Source: an uncultured Fibrobacterota bacterium (GTDB lineage: Bacteria > Fibrobacterota > Chitinivibrionia > Chitinivibrionales > FEN-1185). Taken from it: a stretch of 64,000 nt of DNA. The stretch covers positions 1 to 64,000 of the forward strand of contig CAVWBU010000047.1 in NCBI GenBank assembly GCA_963753345.1, read 5' to 3'. The notes below the pieces were generated by a model. That model ran no database searches and was not told where the DNA came from. It worked only from the letters and a program-made list of their open reading frames with translations. The position numbers and the translations under genes are program-made. This document shows positions 31,570-42,450 of this stretch, piece by piece (the first letter of the stretch is position 1; each line of letters starts with the position of its first letter).

Positions 31570-34500
31570 TTATCTAAATCTCAGCACCGCACTCCCCAGC
31601 CTCTGGTTCTCATACGAAAACTTGATATAATCCGGCGACCACACGCCGCTGTATATTCTCGGTTCGTCAATCTTGCCATTGAGAATTTCCCCATTGTTCC
31701 CGCCCCATCCGCCTATAGTCCAGGGCATCTGGTTGGTGGGCATCGGGGGTATGGGGCCCATTGTCCACGAATAGGAGCCGGCCTCCGCGCCGTTGACGTA
31801 CAGGCGCATGGTTGCTCCGTCATAGGTTCCCGCGAGGTGCGTCCACTCTTTGTTTTTAAGAGAATCCGTGCTCACGGCGTATTTCGAAAACTCCGAGTTA
31901 AGACCCACGTGGAACTGGATCGCCGAATCTTTTGGGCCGGTGACCTCCAGAGAAAAAATCTGGTAGGGGCCTCCAAAGTTTGTCCATGGCTTGCAGATAA
32001 TTTTTATCCACGGCGTCTTTACCGTGGGATTGACCCATGCGCTCATCGAAACAGTCTGCATCGTGGGCAAAAGCCCTGCGCTCAAGTACCTCCCGTTTGC
32101 CAGGCTGTCTGCTCCTGCAACGATCCCGGAACCGTAACTTATGGTGGGATTTATGTCGCCGCCCATTCCGCCCAACGGGGACGTATTGAACTGCGCCTGC
32201 ACGGAATTGACGTTCGTCGTCGGCGATCCGTCGTTCATGTGCCATACGCCCACGTATCCGGACGCCGCGTCGAACACGGCAGTACCGTTCGAGCTGTCGA
32301 TTGCGGAACCGCTGCCCCAGGTCATCACGATGTACTGCGAATCGCTGGACGGGATGATTGCGTCCACCTTGACCCATACCTCGGCGAGGCACGCGGTGTT
32401 GTCCCAGCGCTCTATCTGGTACGGCAGCGGCGTTCCAGTGGAATTTTTAAACCGCACGTCGCGTCCGTTCGGCGCGGCCTGGGCGAAATTCGCTCTTGTA
32501 AAGATCGTTGTGTCGAGACGGACCAGCAGGGGAAATCCGTACAGGGTGCCGGTGATGGCGGCGCCGCTGCTCAGGGTGCTTATGTAAATCTTGCCGGTAA
32601 AGGGCTCGGGGCCCGGGCGCACCGTAGGTGATGAAGAACCTGAGCGAGTCCGCATGGCCGGCGCGGTCGGTCACCGATACGAGCAGGGTGTCCTTGGACC
32701 GGCCGTTCGGAGGCGTCGGCGGCAGAATGACCTTGAACAGCCCGGTTGAGTCAGCGGCGAATTGGGTCTGGCCCGACGGCCACTTCACGGTGACGACGTG
32801 CCGCTCCACCGCGGGAAGATCGGGGTCCAAGATGGAAAAGAAAAGCGTGTCCGCGGTCGTCTGGCCGTACATGTTGAGCTCGCCGTCGGACGTCACCGGG
32901 ATCGAATAGTTCACGGCGAGCGTGCACGGCCGGTTGGGCGGCACCACGGTGACGGGGAACAGGGCCGACACGCTCCGGTGGTTCACGTCCGTGACGGTCA
33001 CGCCGATCGTCTGCTTTCCTGTGTCGCCGAGGCCCGGATGCCATACACACAGCGGGCCCGCCATGGGAAGCGCGGCGCCGTTGAGCGTCGCGGCGAAGGA
33101 AAGCGGCGCGTTGCCCGAATCGTTGCGGATCTTGACATTCAGTACAAGGCTGTCGCTGTTCGCTTCAAGATAGGCCGGGACCGCCATTCCCGCAGTGTCA
33201 ATCTGCACGGCGGGCGGAAGGCTGCCTGCCGCTGTCACGAACACCTGGAACGAATCCGTGGTGGTCTGGTATCCGTCCGACAGATTGATCATTACCTTCT
33301 TGAGCCCGGTGTCCGAGGGGAGCTGCGGCGTCCAGGACAGCTGGAGCAGCTGGCCGAACGCAACCGCGTTCATGCTGTCGGGACCCTTGGCCTTCTGCGC
33401 CTTGACAGGATCGTTGTCCGGATCGGTCCAGACAATCGTATCAACAAGACGGCTGCCAAGGGGAATGGTGTCGCTCACGGGCGGGGCGCGCAGAATCTGC
33501 GGCGGCCTGTTCTGGCACAGGACGATCGAGACCGTGTCGCGGTTGAGCGCATTGTCAACCGCAATGATGGCGAAGGCGCTGCCGTCCGGGCGGTGCGCCA
33601 CGCTTACGGTGTCGAACCAGATGAACCCGTTGCCCTGGGCGCTCTGGGCAAGCGGCCGCTTGTTGACAAGAAGGGAGTCTATGCCCGACCCTTCGTCGAA
33701 GGCGATGATCCGGAGCACGGCCGTGGAGTCGGTGACAAATTTGTTTGCAACGGGCGCGCCGTTCACCGTGATATCGACGATCACCGGCGGCGTGCTGTCT
33801 TTCAGGGCGGTGTCGCAGACGATCAGGAGCGATTTTCCGGCGATTGAATCGCCGTTCGCGGCAGTAGGCCGCAAGCCGCACCATGTTCGACCCGATTGCA
33901 AGGGGAAGACTGAAGCTCCAATCCGCCTTGCCCTTGCCGCGCACGGTGTCGGCCAGGCTATTCTTCGCGTTGTTCTCCCACAGCTTCACAATAACAAGAA
34001 TCGAATCGTGCACATAGTCCTCAATGTGTCCGAAAATCACCTTGCTGCGCGACGAGGTCACCGAGGTGTCGGTGCTCGGATCGGTCACCGAGAACAGCAC
34101 GCCCCCGCCGTGCGCCATGGTGCTGCTGAACTGGAACCAGAATGTCTTGGTGGAAGAGACCAGGAACTGCGGGTTGTTGACGGCCGAAACCGTCACCGGG
34201 AACAGGCGAACGTTCGTGTCCAAGCGCGTGAGGACGCAAATGTAAAAAGGATCGTCGTCGATGTCGAAACTCCGTCCGTTGACAGATGCGCTTTGCACCG
34301 CGCCCGTCTGCGCCGGGTCCCAGATCTGAACCTTAAAGTAGAACGTCGTGTCGCCGGTGACAATGGTGTCCTTGCCGACGTAGCCGGCGCTGACGCACTT
34401 GATAATGGGGCCGGTGGTGTCCTTAAGGGCATAGGTGAAGGGGACCGCGGGCGAGGGGTGCGCGCCCGACGGATCGGACACCCACAGGCTGCCGGCGTTG

Positions 34501-35069
34501 GACAGCGAACTCATCTTTACTGATGCGACCGTCTTCGGCTTCGACGACGAGACAACGAAACCGCCGCCGAAACCCCAGTGATAGGCCACATCCGTGTCGC
34601 CGACGGGCGTGGTCGAAAGCGCCACGCTGTCGCCGAACGCGCCGCTCAGGGGGGGCTGGCCAAGCGGTGACCGCAGGTACAGGAAAAACTCCTGCGGAAC
34701 CCGATCGCCGTTGTTGCGGTAGGTGGTGACCGTAATCGTTTTCCAGCCGGTGTCGGTGAGCGAAAGGAGGTATGTGTACGGCCCGGACTCAAGCGGCTGA
34801 TGCTTTCGTACCGTAAACGTATCCGCAAGGCGGCGGTTCGAAGGGGCCGTAATCGAGAACGAGTCGACAAGCTCGCAGTTGGCCACCCTCACCACAAGGG
34901 TCTCGGTTGTAAAGATATTGAGCGTGTCGACGTCGTTAAACGACTTGTGCGTCACCACTGCGCGCGCCTTTGAAAGGTCGGTAAACGGGTTGTAATCGTT
35001 CGAGCACGACACCAGCGCAAATGCCGCGACCCATGCCCAGCGCACCCGGAATCGGAAGTGAATGTTCAT
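31570..35069 (-). CDS. Large surface lipoprotein (Ig/cadherin-like repeats, DUF2341, LamG); two frameshifts
   Basis: LVSC lipobox; ORFs 33555, 32447 and 31570 overlap and join near 33860 and 32615; FPLLVRL...DVRF...YQIERWD...VWVKV (DUF2341); WTHLAGTYDG...LYVNG...GKIDE (LamG). Confidence 0.75.
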
Positions 35070-35076
35070 CGGCACC

Positions 35077-35937
35077 TTAGAAGAAGAAGGAATACGTGAA
35101 ACCGCACGCGCCCGCCAGTCCTACGATATAGCCCGCCGTCATGAACCCCGCATTGCTGTTCCGGCCGCTCTGCGCCGCTTTGAAATCGGCGTCCCCGTTC
35201 GGATTATACAGGTCGCCCGTCACCTGGGTCATGCGCTGCTTCGACGCGTCCCACTGCTCGGTGAACACCGCGCCGACCACGGCGCCCACCACCAGCAGCG
35301 ACAGCCCCGTATAGCGAATTGCGTTCCGCTTGGGCGCGTCCGGGTCCGTAAGGATCTTCACCGGCACGCCGTCGACGGACGCGTTCTTTACGGAAAGCGA
35401 ATACGAGTACGGCTCAGCGCCGACGTTCTGCGTCTGGCCCTCGATGGTGAGGCTGGCCCGTCCGTTTTCCCTGAACACGCCCTCCAGAATCCGGACGAAT
35501 TTGGTGAGCGAGTTGATGCCGTAGACCGAATACGCCACTTCCACGTGCTGCAGGTCGGTCCCGATGGCGTCGTCGTGGACAAAGATGCCGTTCCAGTCGT
35601 AGGGGTTGGGAAGCAGGGCCGCCCCGGGGTTGAAGCGTTTGTCGTTCTCGGAAGTAAACACCACGGGGCGGGCGGCGGTGCCCTTCGCAACGAGCATGCC
35701 CTGCACGTGCAGTCCCGTGAAATTCCTGAAAAGAAAGACCGTCCCTGCCTCGACCGACACCGTTTTTCCCGCCGGCACAAAAACATCCGACGTGACAAGG
35801 TACGGGCCCTTCTCGGCCGCAACCGTTCTGGGAAGGTCGCCCACGAGCGTCGCAAAGCCGCCGAACGAGGCACGGGTAATAAGGCCGCACAGGAGCGCGG
35901 CGGCCCACAGCGGGAGATTGCGGCCGGAATGCGTCAT
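35077..35937 (-). CDS. Exported beta-helix-like protein with C-terminal membrane hairpin
   Basis: Signal peptide; GPYLVTSDVFVP.GKT...L.VQG.L.A.GT...PVVFTS...WNGI motif; two C-terminal hydrophobic segments. Confidence 0.65.
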   Translation of the reverse strand: MTHSGRNLPLWAAALLCGLITRASFGGFATLVGDLPRTVAAEKGPYLVTSDVFVPAGKTVSVEAGTVFLFRNFTGLHVQGMLVAKGTAARPVVFTSENDKRFNPGAALLPNPYDWNGIFVHDDAIGTDLQHVEVAYSVYGINSLTKFVRILEGVFRENGRASLTIEGQTQNVGAEPYSYSLSVKNASVDGVPVKILTDPDAPKRNAIRYTGLSLLVVGAVVGAVFTEQWDASKQRMTQVTGDLYNPNGDADFKAAQSGRNSNAGFMTAGYIVGLAGACGFTYSFFF

Positions 35938-35939
35938 GG

Positions 35940-37799
35940 CTACCCCCGCACGTCCTTTGCCCTGTCCGCGATCCTTTGCATTTCGGAAACCGCCTTCTGA
36001 TAATGGTTGTTTTCGGGCGTCGAGCGGAAGAGCAGCTTGACCTCGAACCACGCGTCAAAGGCGTTCTTCATGGTCGCCTGGCCCGGATGATCGTCGAATT
36101 CCCTGGAATAGCTGAGCGCACGGTAGTACAGGACGTCCTGGCGGAGGACGACCGGATTGACGATCTCGCAGTGCGATTTAAGACTTGCGTCCAGAAAGTA
36201 TAGGCACTTTTCGAGATTGCCCGTCCTGAAGTGATACTTCGCCTGGGCCAGGTAAAATTCCCCGTCGTCAAGCGTTGACGACTGCAGGACGTTGTCCAGG
36301 GATTTGGTGTCGCCCAGCGCCTCGAGCACAAGGATGCGGCACAGCACCGCGGACTTCGACTGCTGCTGCTCGGCGGTCATTGCCCCGTACACGGTGGAGG
36401 CCTGCTCGTATTTCCCGAGTTTGACTTGCTTGACAAAAAGCTCCAACAGGTCCGTTGTGCCGTACTGTGCCTTGAGTTCGTCCAGGGGCGAGACCGTCGG
36501 CAGCGGCTGCGACGCCGTCTTTTCGGCCGGCGCGGCGAACGCTATCACGGGTTTATGGGAGGGCTTCGGCGCGGACATGAGCTTTTCACGCACGCCGGCC
36601 GCGGTGGGCTCGCTATGCGGGGCCGGTACAGCCTTCGGAACCTGACGCGCGGCCGATTGGGCCGCCTGCCGCTGCGCCAACCGGTGCTGGTAGGCAAGAT
36701 AGCCTGCGGCCGTAACGGCCGCAATCACGGCGGCCGCGGTCAGCACGCCGGCAATGGCGCGCAAGGGCAGCCGCCGCCGGTACCCCACTTCGGTCCTGCC
36801 GCCGTTTTCCGATCCCGTAAAGGACTGCATGACCGCTTCCGGCGACAGCGCAGTGAGGCTTTTGTGCACCCTGGTGAGCTCGGCGAGCAGGACCGCCGCG
36901 TCCTGCGGCCGGCGCTCGCGCTCCCGGCTGAGGCACTGCTGGATGACGCGCCTGAGCCTCGCCGGGATTTTGATCTTGAACGAATCAAGCGGCTTAAACT
37001 CGTTCTTCACCTTGGACAGCATCAATTTGGAGATGTTGTCTTCGGCGAATGCCTTGGTCCCGGTCACCAGCTCGTACAATATGGCGCCGAGGGAATAGAT
37101 GTCGGTGCGCACGTCCGCGGTCTTTCCTTCGAGCGTCTCCGGAGAGAGATACTGCATGCTGCCGAGCACCGAGGAATTGTCGGTGGTGTGAATGGATGCG
37201 TCGATGGGCCGCGCGATGCCGAAGTCCATGAGCTTGACGGTGCCGTCGTCGGCCACCATGATGTTGTTGGGCTTGAGGTCGCGGTGGATGATGCCGTGAT
37301 ACGTTTCCCCGTACAGCGCATACTCGTGGCTGTGAGCGTAGCGCAGCGCGCGGCAGATAAGAATACCGATGGAGGTGCATACGTCAAAGGGCAACCCGCC
37401 GCGGTCCGACACCAGCTTTTCCAGGGTGACGCCCTGGATTTTTTCCATTTCGATGAACGGCAGGCCGTTCCATTCGCCCACGGCGTGGATTTCGACGATG
37501 TTCGGATGGTCGAGCTTGGCGGTTATCTTTATTTCCGTTTCAAACCGCTCCTTTGAATCCTTCGAATAATTCGGATGGAGAAGTTTGACCGCGCGCTTCA
37601 TTTCGAGATGATTGTTCCAGATCTCATACACGTTCGCCATGCCGCCCACGCCCAAAAGCGCGGTGACCGTTCCGGAACCGAGCTCAACGGGCTTGGAGCC
37701 ATCGGGCAGGATCATCACATGAGGCACCCGCTTGTAGGAAAACGAGCCGCCATCCTGCTGGGTTGGCCGGGCCTTTTCCTGATTGTTTTCAGAATCCAT
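35940..37799 (-). CDS. Hanks-type Ser/Thr protein kinase with TM segment and TPR-like extracytoplasmic domain
   Basis: GVGGMANVY, AVKLL, HRDLKPNN, DFG and YLSPE; TM IAGVLTAAAVIAAV. Confidence 0.92.
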   Translation of the reverse strand: MDSENNQEKARPTQQDGGSFSYKRVPHVMILPDGSKPVELGSGTVTALLGVGGMANVYEIWNNHLEMKRAVKLLHPNYSKDSKERFETEIKITAKLDHPNIVEIHAVGEWNGLPFIEMEKIQGVTLEKLVSDRGGLPFDVCTSIGILICRALRYAHSHEYALYGETYHGIIHRDLKPNNIMVADDGTVKLMDFGIARPIDASIHTTDNSSVLGSMQYLSPETLEGKTADVRTDIYSLGAILYELVTGTKAFAEDNISKLMLSKVKNEFKPLDSFKIKIPARLRRVIQQCLSRERERRPQDAAVLLAELTRVHKSLTALSPEAVMQSFTGSENGGRTEVGYRRRLPLRAIAGVLTAAAVIAAVTAAGYLAYQHRLAQRQAAQSAARQVPKAVPAPHSEPTAAGVREKLMSAPKPSHKPVIAFAAPAEKTASQPLPTVSPLDELKAQYGTTDLLELFVKQVKLGKYEQASTVYGAMTAEQQQSKSAVLCRILVLEALGDTKSLDNVLQSSTLDDGEFYLAQAKYHFRTGNLEKCLYFLDASLKSHCEIVNPVVLRQDVLYYRALSYSREFDDHPGQATMKNAFDAWFEVKLLFRSTPENNHYQKAVSEMQRIADRAKDVRG

Positions 37800-37993
37800 C
37801 GGGCTTCCGCCGGGGTTGCGATGCACTGCAAAATTTTTGGCGAACAGGCTGGTTTTGGCGAAACCATCCAGGGCCAAGGTCTACCATTATACATAATAGC
37901 ACAATAAGGGAAATATTTCCATTGATTTTCGCACTATTTGCGCAATGGAATGCAAACCGAGTTTGGAGAAATCGCGCGGAAGTGAGATCAGGG

Positions 37994-39145
37994 CTAAGAA
38001 CGGTTCGCCCCGGAGCGGGGGCTGTGATCCTCAACCGGCATGAACCATTTCTGGGCGACAAAAGTCGGAATGACCGCGCTTGCCACAACGACACCAACTA
38101 AAATAGAATATTGAGATTGGTTGATAATTCCCGATTGTAAGCCGAAAAGGCTTGAAATAGTTCCAAAGGTCAAGCCGGTGCTCATGAGCAGCGTCGTATA
38201 CATACTACCCTGAGGAATGTATTTCTTTGCAAGAAAATAGACCCCGGCAAATTTGGCGATTATTTTGAGGAAGAAAAACAATAAAAACAGGCCAAGGCTT
38301 GCGACAATCAAAGGGTAAGAAATCCTAAGGCCGCCAACGATGAAGAAAACCGGGGTTATAATGGCATAGGCCACTGTGCGGAGACGTTGTATAACCAAAT
38401 GGTGTTCCGATTCCTTTCCGAAATACTTGGACATGAATAGGCCAAGCACAAAAGCGGGAAGCACTGCATGTCCTTCACCGAGGTTGGCGAAATAAATAAG
38501 GGTCAATAAAAGCACGAAAATGTACTTGATCTCGGATTCAACCACCTTATTCTTGAATACCGAATGGCTAAAAAGGTAATGAGAAAACAGGGACGCAACG
38601 ATTATCACTGCAATAGAAACGACATAAAATAGAAGCGTGAACCATGTCGGCTTTACAAAAATAACACTTAGCGTCAAAGCCGTACCCATGTCCGTGATGA
38701 ACGTTGACGACATTAGAAGCTTACCTATGCGAGTATCCGACAGACCGCTTTCCACAAGGACGGAATAAATGACAGCTAGGGACGTCGTTGATAAGGCTAT
38801 TCCCGCAACAAGTGCAGCTTGAATACCCCAGTGCAGCGCAAACAACGCAACGACTGCCACTACAATAAACGGTAGCAAAAATGAAAAACCGCCGATCAGC
38901 AGACTGCTTTTCAGGTTCTCCTTCATCATTTTCGTGTCGATTTCGGTTCCGGCAAGAAACGTGAGAATAATACCGCCGAATCCTGCCAGGTACTGCATCC
39001 ATTCTGCCGTATGCAGGCCGAAATTACCGGCAATAGAACCAAGAAGAATTTCGACAATCGCTACTGAAATACCGAGACGCAATGAGATTATGCTTGCGAC
39101 AAAGATAATCAGACCTGTGAATAAAGGATTTAAATCCGCGTGCAT
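37994..39145 (-). CDS. Cation:proton antiporter (CPA2 family)
   Basis: About 12 hydrophobic segments; LTFLAGTEID, ALSTTSLAV, ITDMGT and PVFFIVGG. Confidence 0.88.
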   Translation of the reverse strand: MHADLNPLFTGLIIFVASIISLRLGISVAIVEILLGSIAGNFGLHTAEWMQYLAGFGGIILTFLAGTEIDTKMMKENLKSSLLIGGFSFLLPFIVVAVVALFALHWGIQAALVAGIALSTTSLAVIYSVLVESGLSDTRIGKLLMSSTFITDMGTALTLSVIFVKPTWFTLLFYVVSIAVIIVASLFSHYLFSHSVFKNKVVESEIKYIFVLLLTLIYFANLGEGHAVLPAFVLGLFMSKYFGKESEHHLVIQRLRTVAYAIITPVFFIVGGLRISYPLIVASLGLFLLFFFLKIIAKFAGVYFLAKKYIPQGSMYTTLLMSTGLTFGTISSLFGLQSGIINQSQYSILVGVVVASAVIPTFVAQKWFMPVEDHSPRSGANRS

Positions 39146-39150
39146 GACAG

Positions 39151-39241
39151 CCTCCTATGAGAAAATGAAGCAAACCATAGGAGTCATCAGCCACATCTTG
39201 AGAGAAGAAGAATAGCGGTTTAAGGTGGAACTCCATCACCT
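39151..39241 (-). ncRNA. Fluoride riboswitch (crcB motif) with RBS-sequestering expression platform
   Basis: AGGTGATGGAGTTCCACCT-TAAACCGC...GCTGATGACTCCTATG; CTCCTATG pairs with CATAGGAG, which covers the AGGAGG RBS of the antiporter. Confidence 0.9.
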
Positions 39242-39266
39242 ACGAACAATTAATATTCTTAAAACG

Positions 39267-39703
39267 TTATTTCCGGTCAGGCCTCCTCACAATTAATACA
39301 TCGCAGTGGGCCGTTTCACTGATTCGGTCCGCCGTTGGTCCAAGAACCCTGCCGATAAAGCCGGAGTGGCCGACTTGACCAATTACAATTAGATCAAAGC
39401 CGTTTTTTTCGGCATACTGTACTATCTCGCGAGAAGCGTTTCCCCGCAGATTTACCGATTGCACGTTCATATTATGATCAACTGCGCCTTTTTCGGCATA
39501 GCTCTTAAGATTATTGAAATATTCCTCCACCGCTTCGATTTCACCCTCAATTCGTCCTTTCTCACAGCTTGACGAGGTAGGTCATCACGAACCCATCCTA
39601 TGGTGATTGAGGCATTGTGTTCCTGAGCAACAGTAAATGCACGGGCAAGCGCGGCCTTCGACCCGTCCGATCCGTCAAAGGCAGCAAGGATTTTTTTATA
39701 CAT
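39267..39703 (-). CDS. Universal stress protein (UspA family); frameshift near 39540
   Basis: [19 protein letters not shown] in one frame; [12 protein letters not shown]...[20 protein letters not shown] in another. Confidence 0.85.
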
Positions 39704-39704
39704 A

Positions 39705-40986
39705 TCACCTCGCATTCTTGAATGATTTCTTTCCGGCAAAAACAGCCTGTTTCCCAAGGAATTCTTCGATTCGAATCAATTGATTGAACTTGGCGGTGCG
39801 CTCGCTCCGGCAGCCTGAGCCGGTTTAGGGGTGCTGCACAAGTTACGACTGTCAAGTCCGCTATCGTCGTGTCTTCGGTTTCGCCGGAACGGTGCGAAAC
39901 GAAACAGTTGTAATTATTCTTCACCGCCAATGCAATTGTATCGAACGTCTCGGTAAGCGTACCGATCTGGTTCAGCTTTATGAGAATGGAATTTGCAATG
40001 CCCTTTGCAATGCCCTGCGCCAGAATGGCCGGGTTTGTGCAGAAAATATCATCACCCACAATTTCGATTTTGCCGCCGAGTTCATCGGTCAACAATTTCC
40101 AGCCATCCCAGTCATTTTCCGCCATGCCGTCTTCGAGGAGAACAATCGGATATTTGTCTGCCCAACTTGCCCAATGCTTGACCATCTGTTCGGAGGTCTT
40201 TGACGATTTGTCAGACTTGAAAAACACATATTTGCCGCTATCCCACATTTCACTTGCAGCCGGGTCAAGGCAGATTGAAATATCTTTGCCCGGCTGATAT
40301 CCTGCTTTAGTGATGGCATCGAGGATAACTTCTACAGCCTCTTCATTGGATTTAAGATTCGGGGCAAAACCTCCTTCGTCGCCGACCGCCGTGCTATAGC
40401 CCTTTTTCGAAAGAACAGATTTCAGCGTATGAAACGTCTCGATTCCCATTCGTATCGAAGTGCGAAAATCGGGGGCATTGTGCGGAGCGATCATGAATTC
40501 CTGAAAGTCAACGTTGTTATCGGCATGCTTTCCACCGTTAATGATGTTCATGCAGGGAACCGGAAGGAGGCTGGCGTTCACGCCGCCCAAGTACCTGAAC
40601 AAGGGTACATTAAGATTGTTGCATGCCGCCCGAGCCACCGCAAGAGACACGGCGAGGATCGCATTTGCACCCAATACTGATTTATTAGGAGTGCCGTCGA
40701 GTGAAAGCATGACAGCGTCAATTTCTCTCTGATTCAGGGCGGACATTCCTTTGACGGCCGGTGCGATTTTCGTATTTGCGTTTTCGACTGCTTTAAGAGT
40801 GCCTTTGCCGAGATAGCGTTTTTTGTCCCCGTCTCTTAGCTCAACCGCTTCCTTTTCGCCGGTCGATGCACCGGACGGGACAATTGCACTGCCCTTTATG
40901 CCATTTTCAAGGGTTACCTCAGCTTCAACAGTGGGATTTCCCCTTGAATCCAATACTTCTCTTGCATGGACATTTGTGATTTTCAT
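39705..40986 (-). CDS. eno: Enolase; frameshift near 39825
   Basis: [39 protein letters not shown] and SHRSGETED; the alternate frame gives [21 protein letters not shown]...NAR* ending at 39705. Confidence 0.95.
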
Positions 40987-41027
40987 AAGGATTCCTTTCT
41001 TGGTGGCTGTTTTATCGCCATTGGGAC

Positions 41028-41065
41028 AAAAAAAACTCCTACTGATACTTTTTACCAGTAGGAGT
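41028..41065 (-). terminator. Riboswitch-controlled intrinsic terminator
   Basis: ACTCCTACTG-N11-CAGTAGGAGT stem followed by a T run; its 5' arm is the aptamer's pseudoknot strand. Confidence 0.9.
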
Positions 41066-41107
41066 CATCAGCCGAAATTCAGGCGTTTATAGGCGAACTC
41101 CATCGCC
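41058..41107 (-). ncRNA. Fluoride riboswitch (crcB motif) aptamer upstream of eno
   Basis: GGCGATGGAGTTCGCC-TATAAACGCC...GGCTGATGACTCCTAC matches the crcB-motif consensus, including the GGAG/CTCC pseudoknot. Confidence 0.93.
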
Positions 41108-41114
41108 AGAAATC

Positions 41115-41143
41115 AAAATACATCAAAAAGAAATATAATCCAA
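41115..41143 (-). promoter_or_regulatory. Putative sigma70 promoter of the fluoride operon
   Basis: TTGGAT-N17-TATTTT, ending 7 nt before the first G of the aptamer. Confidence 0.55.
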
Positions 41144-41228
41144 GATGCCTGTTTTCCACTTTAACGCCGCACCTTTGTATTTCTGCGCGGCGTTCTTTGG
41201 GTGCGCATTGCACACAACGAGGCCCAAT

Positions 41229-42269
41229 CTACGTCTCCCGCACCTCGTCCCAGTCGGCCTTGACCATGATCTCGACGAGCTTGTCAAACGAGACTGACGG
41301 CTTCCACCCGAGACTTCTTCGCGGCCTTGGCCGGGATTGCCGAGCAAGCAGGTCCACTTCGGCGGGCCGGAAATACTTCGCGTCCACGCGGATCACCACG
41401 TTGCCGCTCGCGGTATCGGTGCCGGTCTCGTTGACTCCCTCGCCCGACCATCGGATGGGCATGCCCAGCGCGCTAAACGCCTTCTCCGCGAATTCCCGCA
41501 CCGAATGCGTCTCACCCGTGGCGATCACATAATCGTCCGGCTTGTCCTGCTGAAGCATGCGCCACATTGCCTCCACGTAGTCGGGCGCATAGCCCCAGTC
41601 GCGCTTGGCGTTGAGGTTGCCTATGTAAAGGCACTGTTTCTTGCCTGCCTTGATGGCCGCCGCGGCCATGGTGATCTTGCGCGTGGAGAAATTCTCGCCC
41701 CTGCGCGGCGACTCGTGGTTGAACAGGATGCCGTTGCTCGCGTGGAGGCCGAAGGCCTCGCGGTAGTTCACCACGATCCAGTACGCGTACAGCTTGGCGA
41801 CCGCATAGGGCGACCGGGGATGAAACGGCGTGGTCTCGCTCTGCGGGACCTCGTGCGCCTTGCCGAACAGCTCCGACGTCGATGCCTGGTAGAACCGGGT
41901 CTGGATGCCGGTCTCCTTGATTGCGTCGAGGATGCGGAGGGTGCCGGTCGCGTCGACGTCGGCCGTGTACTCGGGCACCTCGAACGACACCGCCACGTGC
42001 GACTGGGCCGCCAGGTTGTAAATCTCGTGGGGCTTTATCTTCTCCAGGAGCCTGTTCATGTTGCTCGAATCGGACATGTCGCCGTAGTGGAGAAAGAAAT
42101 TGACGTTCTTGTCGCGCGAGTCGCGGAACAGGTGGTCGATGCGCTTCCGGTTGAAGTAGCTGGCCCTGCGGATCTGGCCGTGGACTTCGTACCCCTTGTC
42201 AAGCAGCAGCTCCGCAAGGTACGAGCCGTCCTGGCCCGTAACGCCGGTGATGAACGCGCGCTTTGTCAT
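41229..42269 (-). CDS. gmd: GDP-mannose 4,6-dehydratase
   Basis: [32 protein letters not shown] and [10 protein letters not shown]; compensating indels near the C-terminus. Confidence 0.95.
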   Translation of the reverse strand: MTKRAFITGVTGQDGSYLAELLLDKGYEVHGQIRRASYFNRKRIDHLFRDSRDKNVNFFLHYGDMSDSSNMNRLLEKIKPHEIYNLAAQSHVAVSFEVPEYTADVDATGTLRILDAIKETGIQTRFYQASTSELFGKAHEVPQSETTPFHPRSPYAVAKLYAYWIVVNYREAFGLHASNGILFNHESPRRGENFSTRKITMAAAAIKAGKKQCLYIGNLNAKRDWGYAPDYVEAMWRMLQQDKPDDYVIATGETHSVREFAEKAFSALGMPIRWSGEGVNETGTDTASGNVVIRVDAKYFRPAEVDLLARQSRPRPRRSLGWKPSVSFDKLVEIMVKADWDEVRET

Positions 42270-42450
42270 GAGATCCTTTCGGTGCGCCCAGGACCGCGGC
42301 ATGGCCGCGAAAGTCTGTTCCCGGGTGCGGGGTGCATTGTATTTTTACATGCGCCCGCCTGTGTGGAAGCGCTTCGGGCCGGGGCACACTCCAAAAATAA
42401 TACAGCGAACACACGTCTGTTTACAACAAAGCAATCGGATCAACCGCTTC

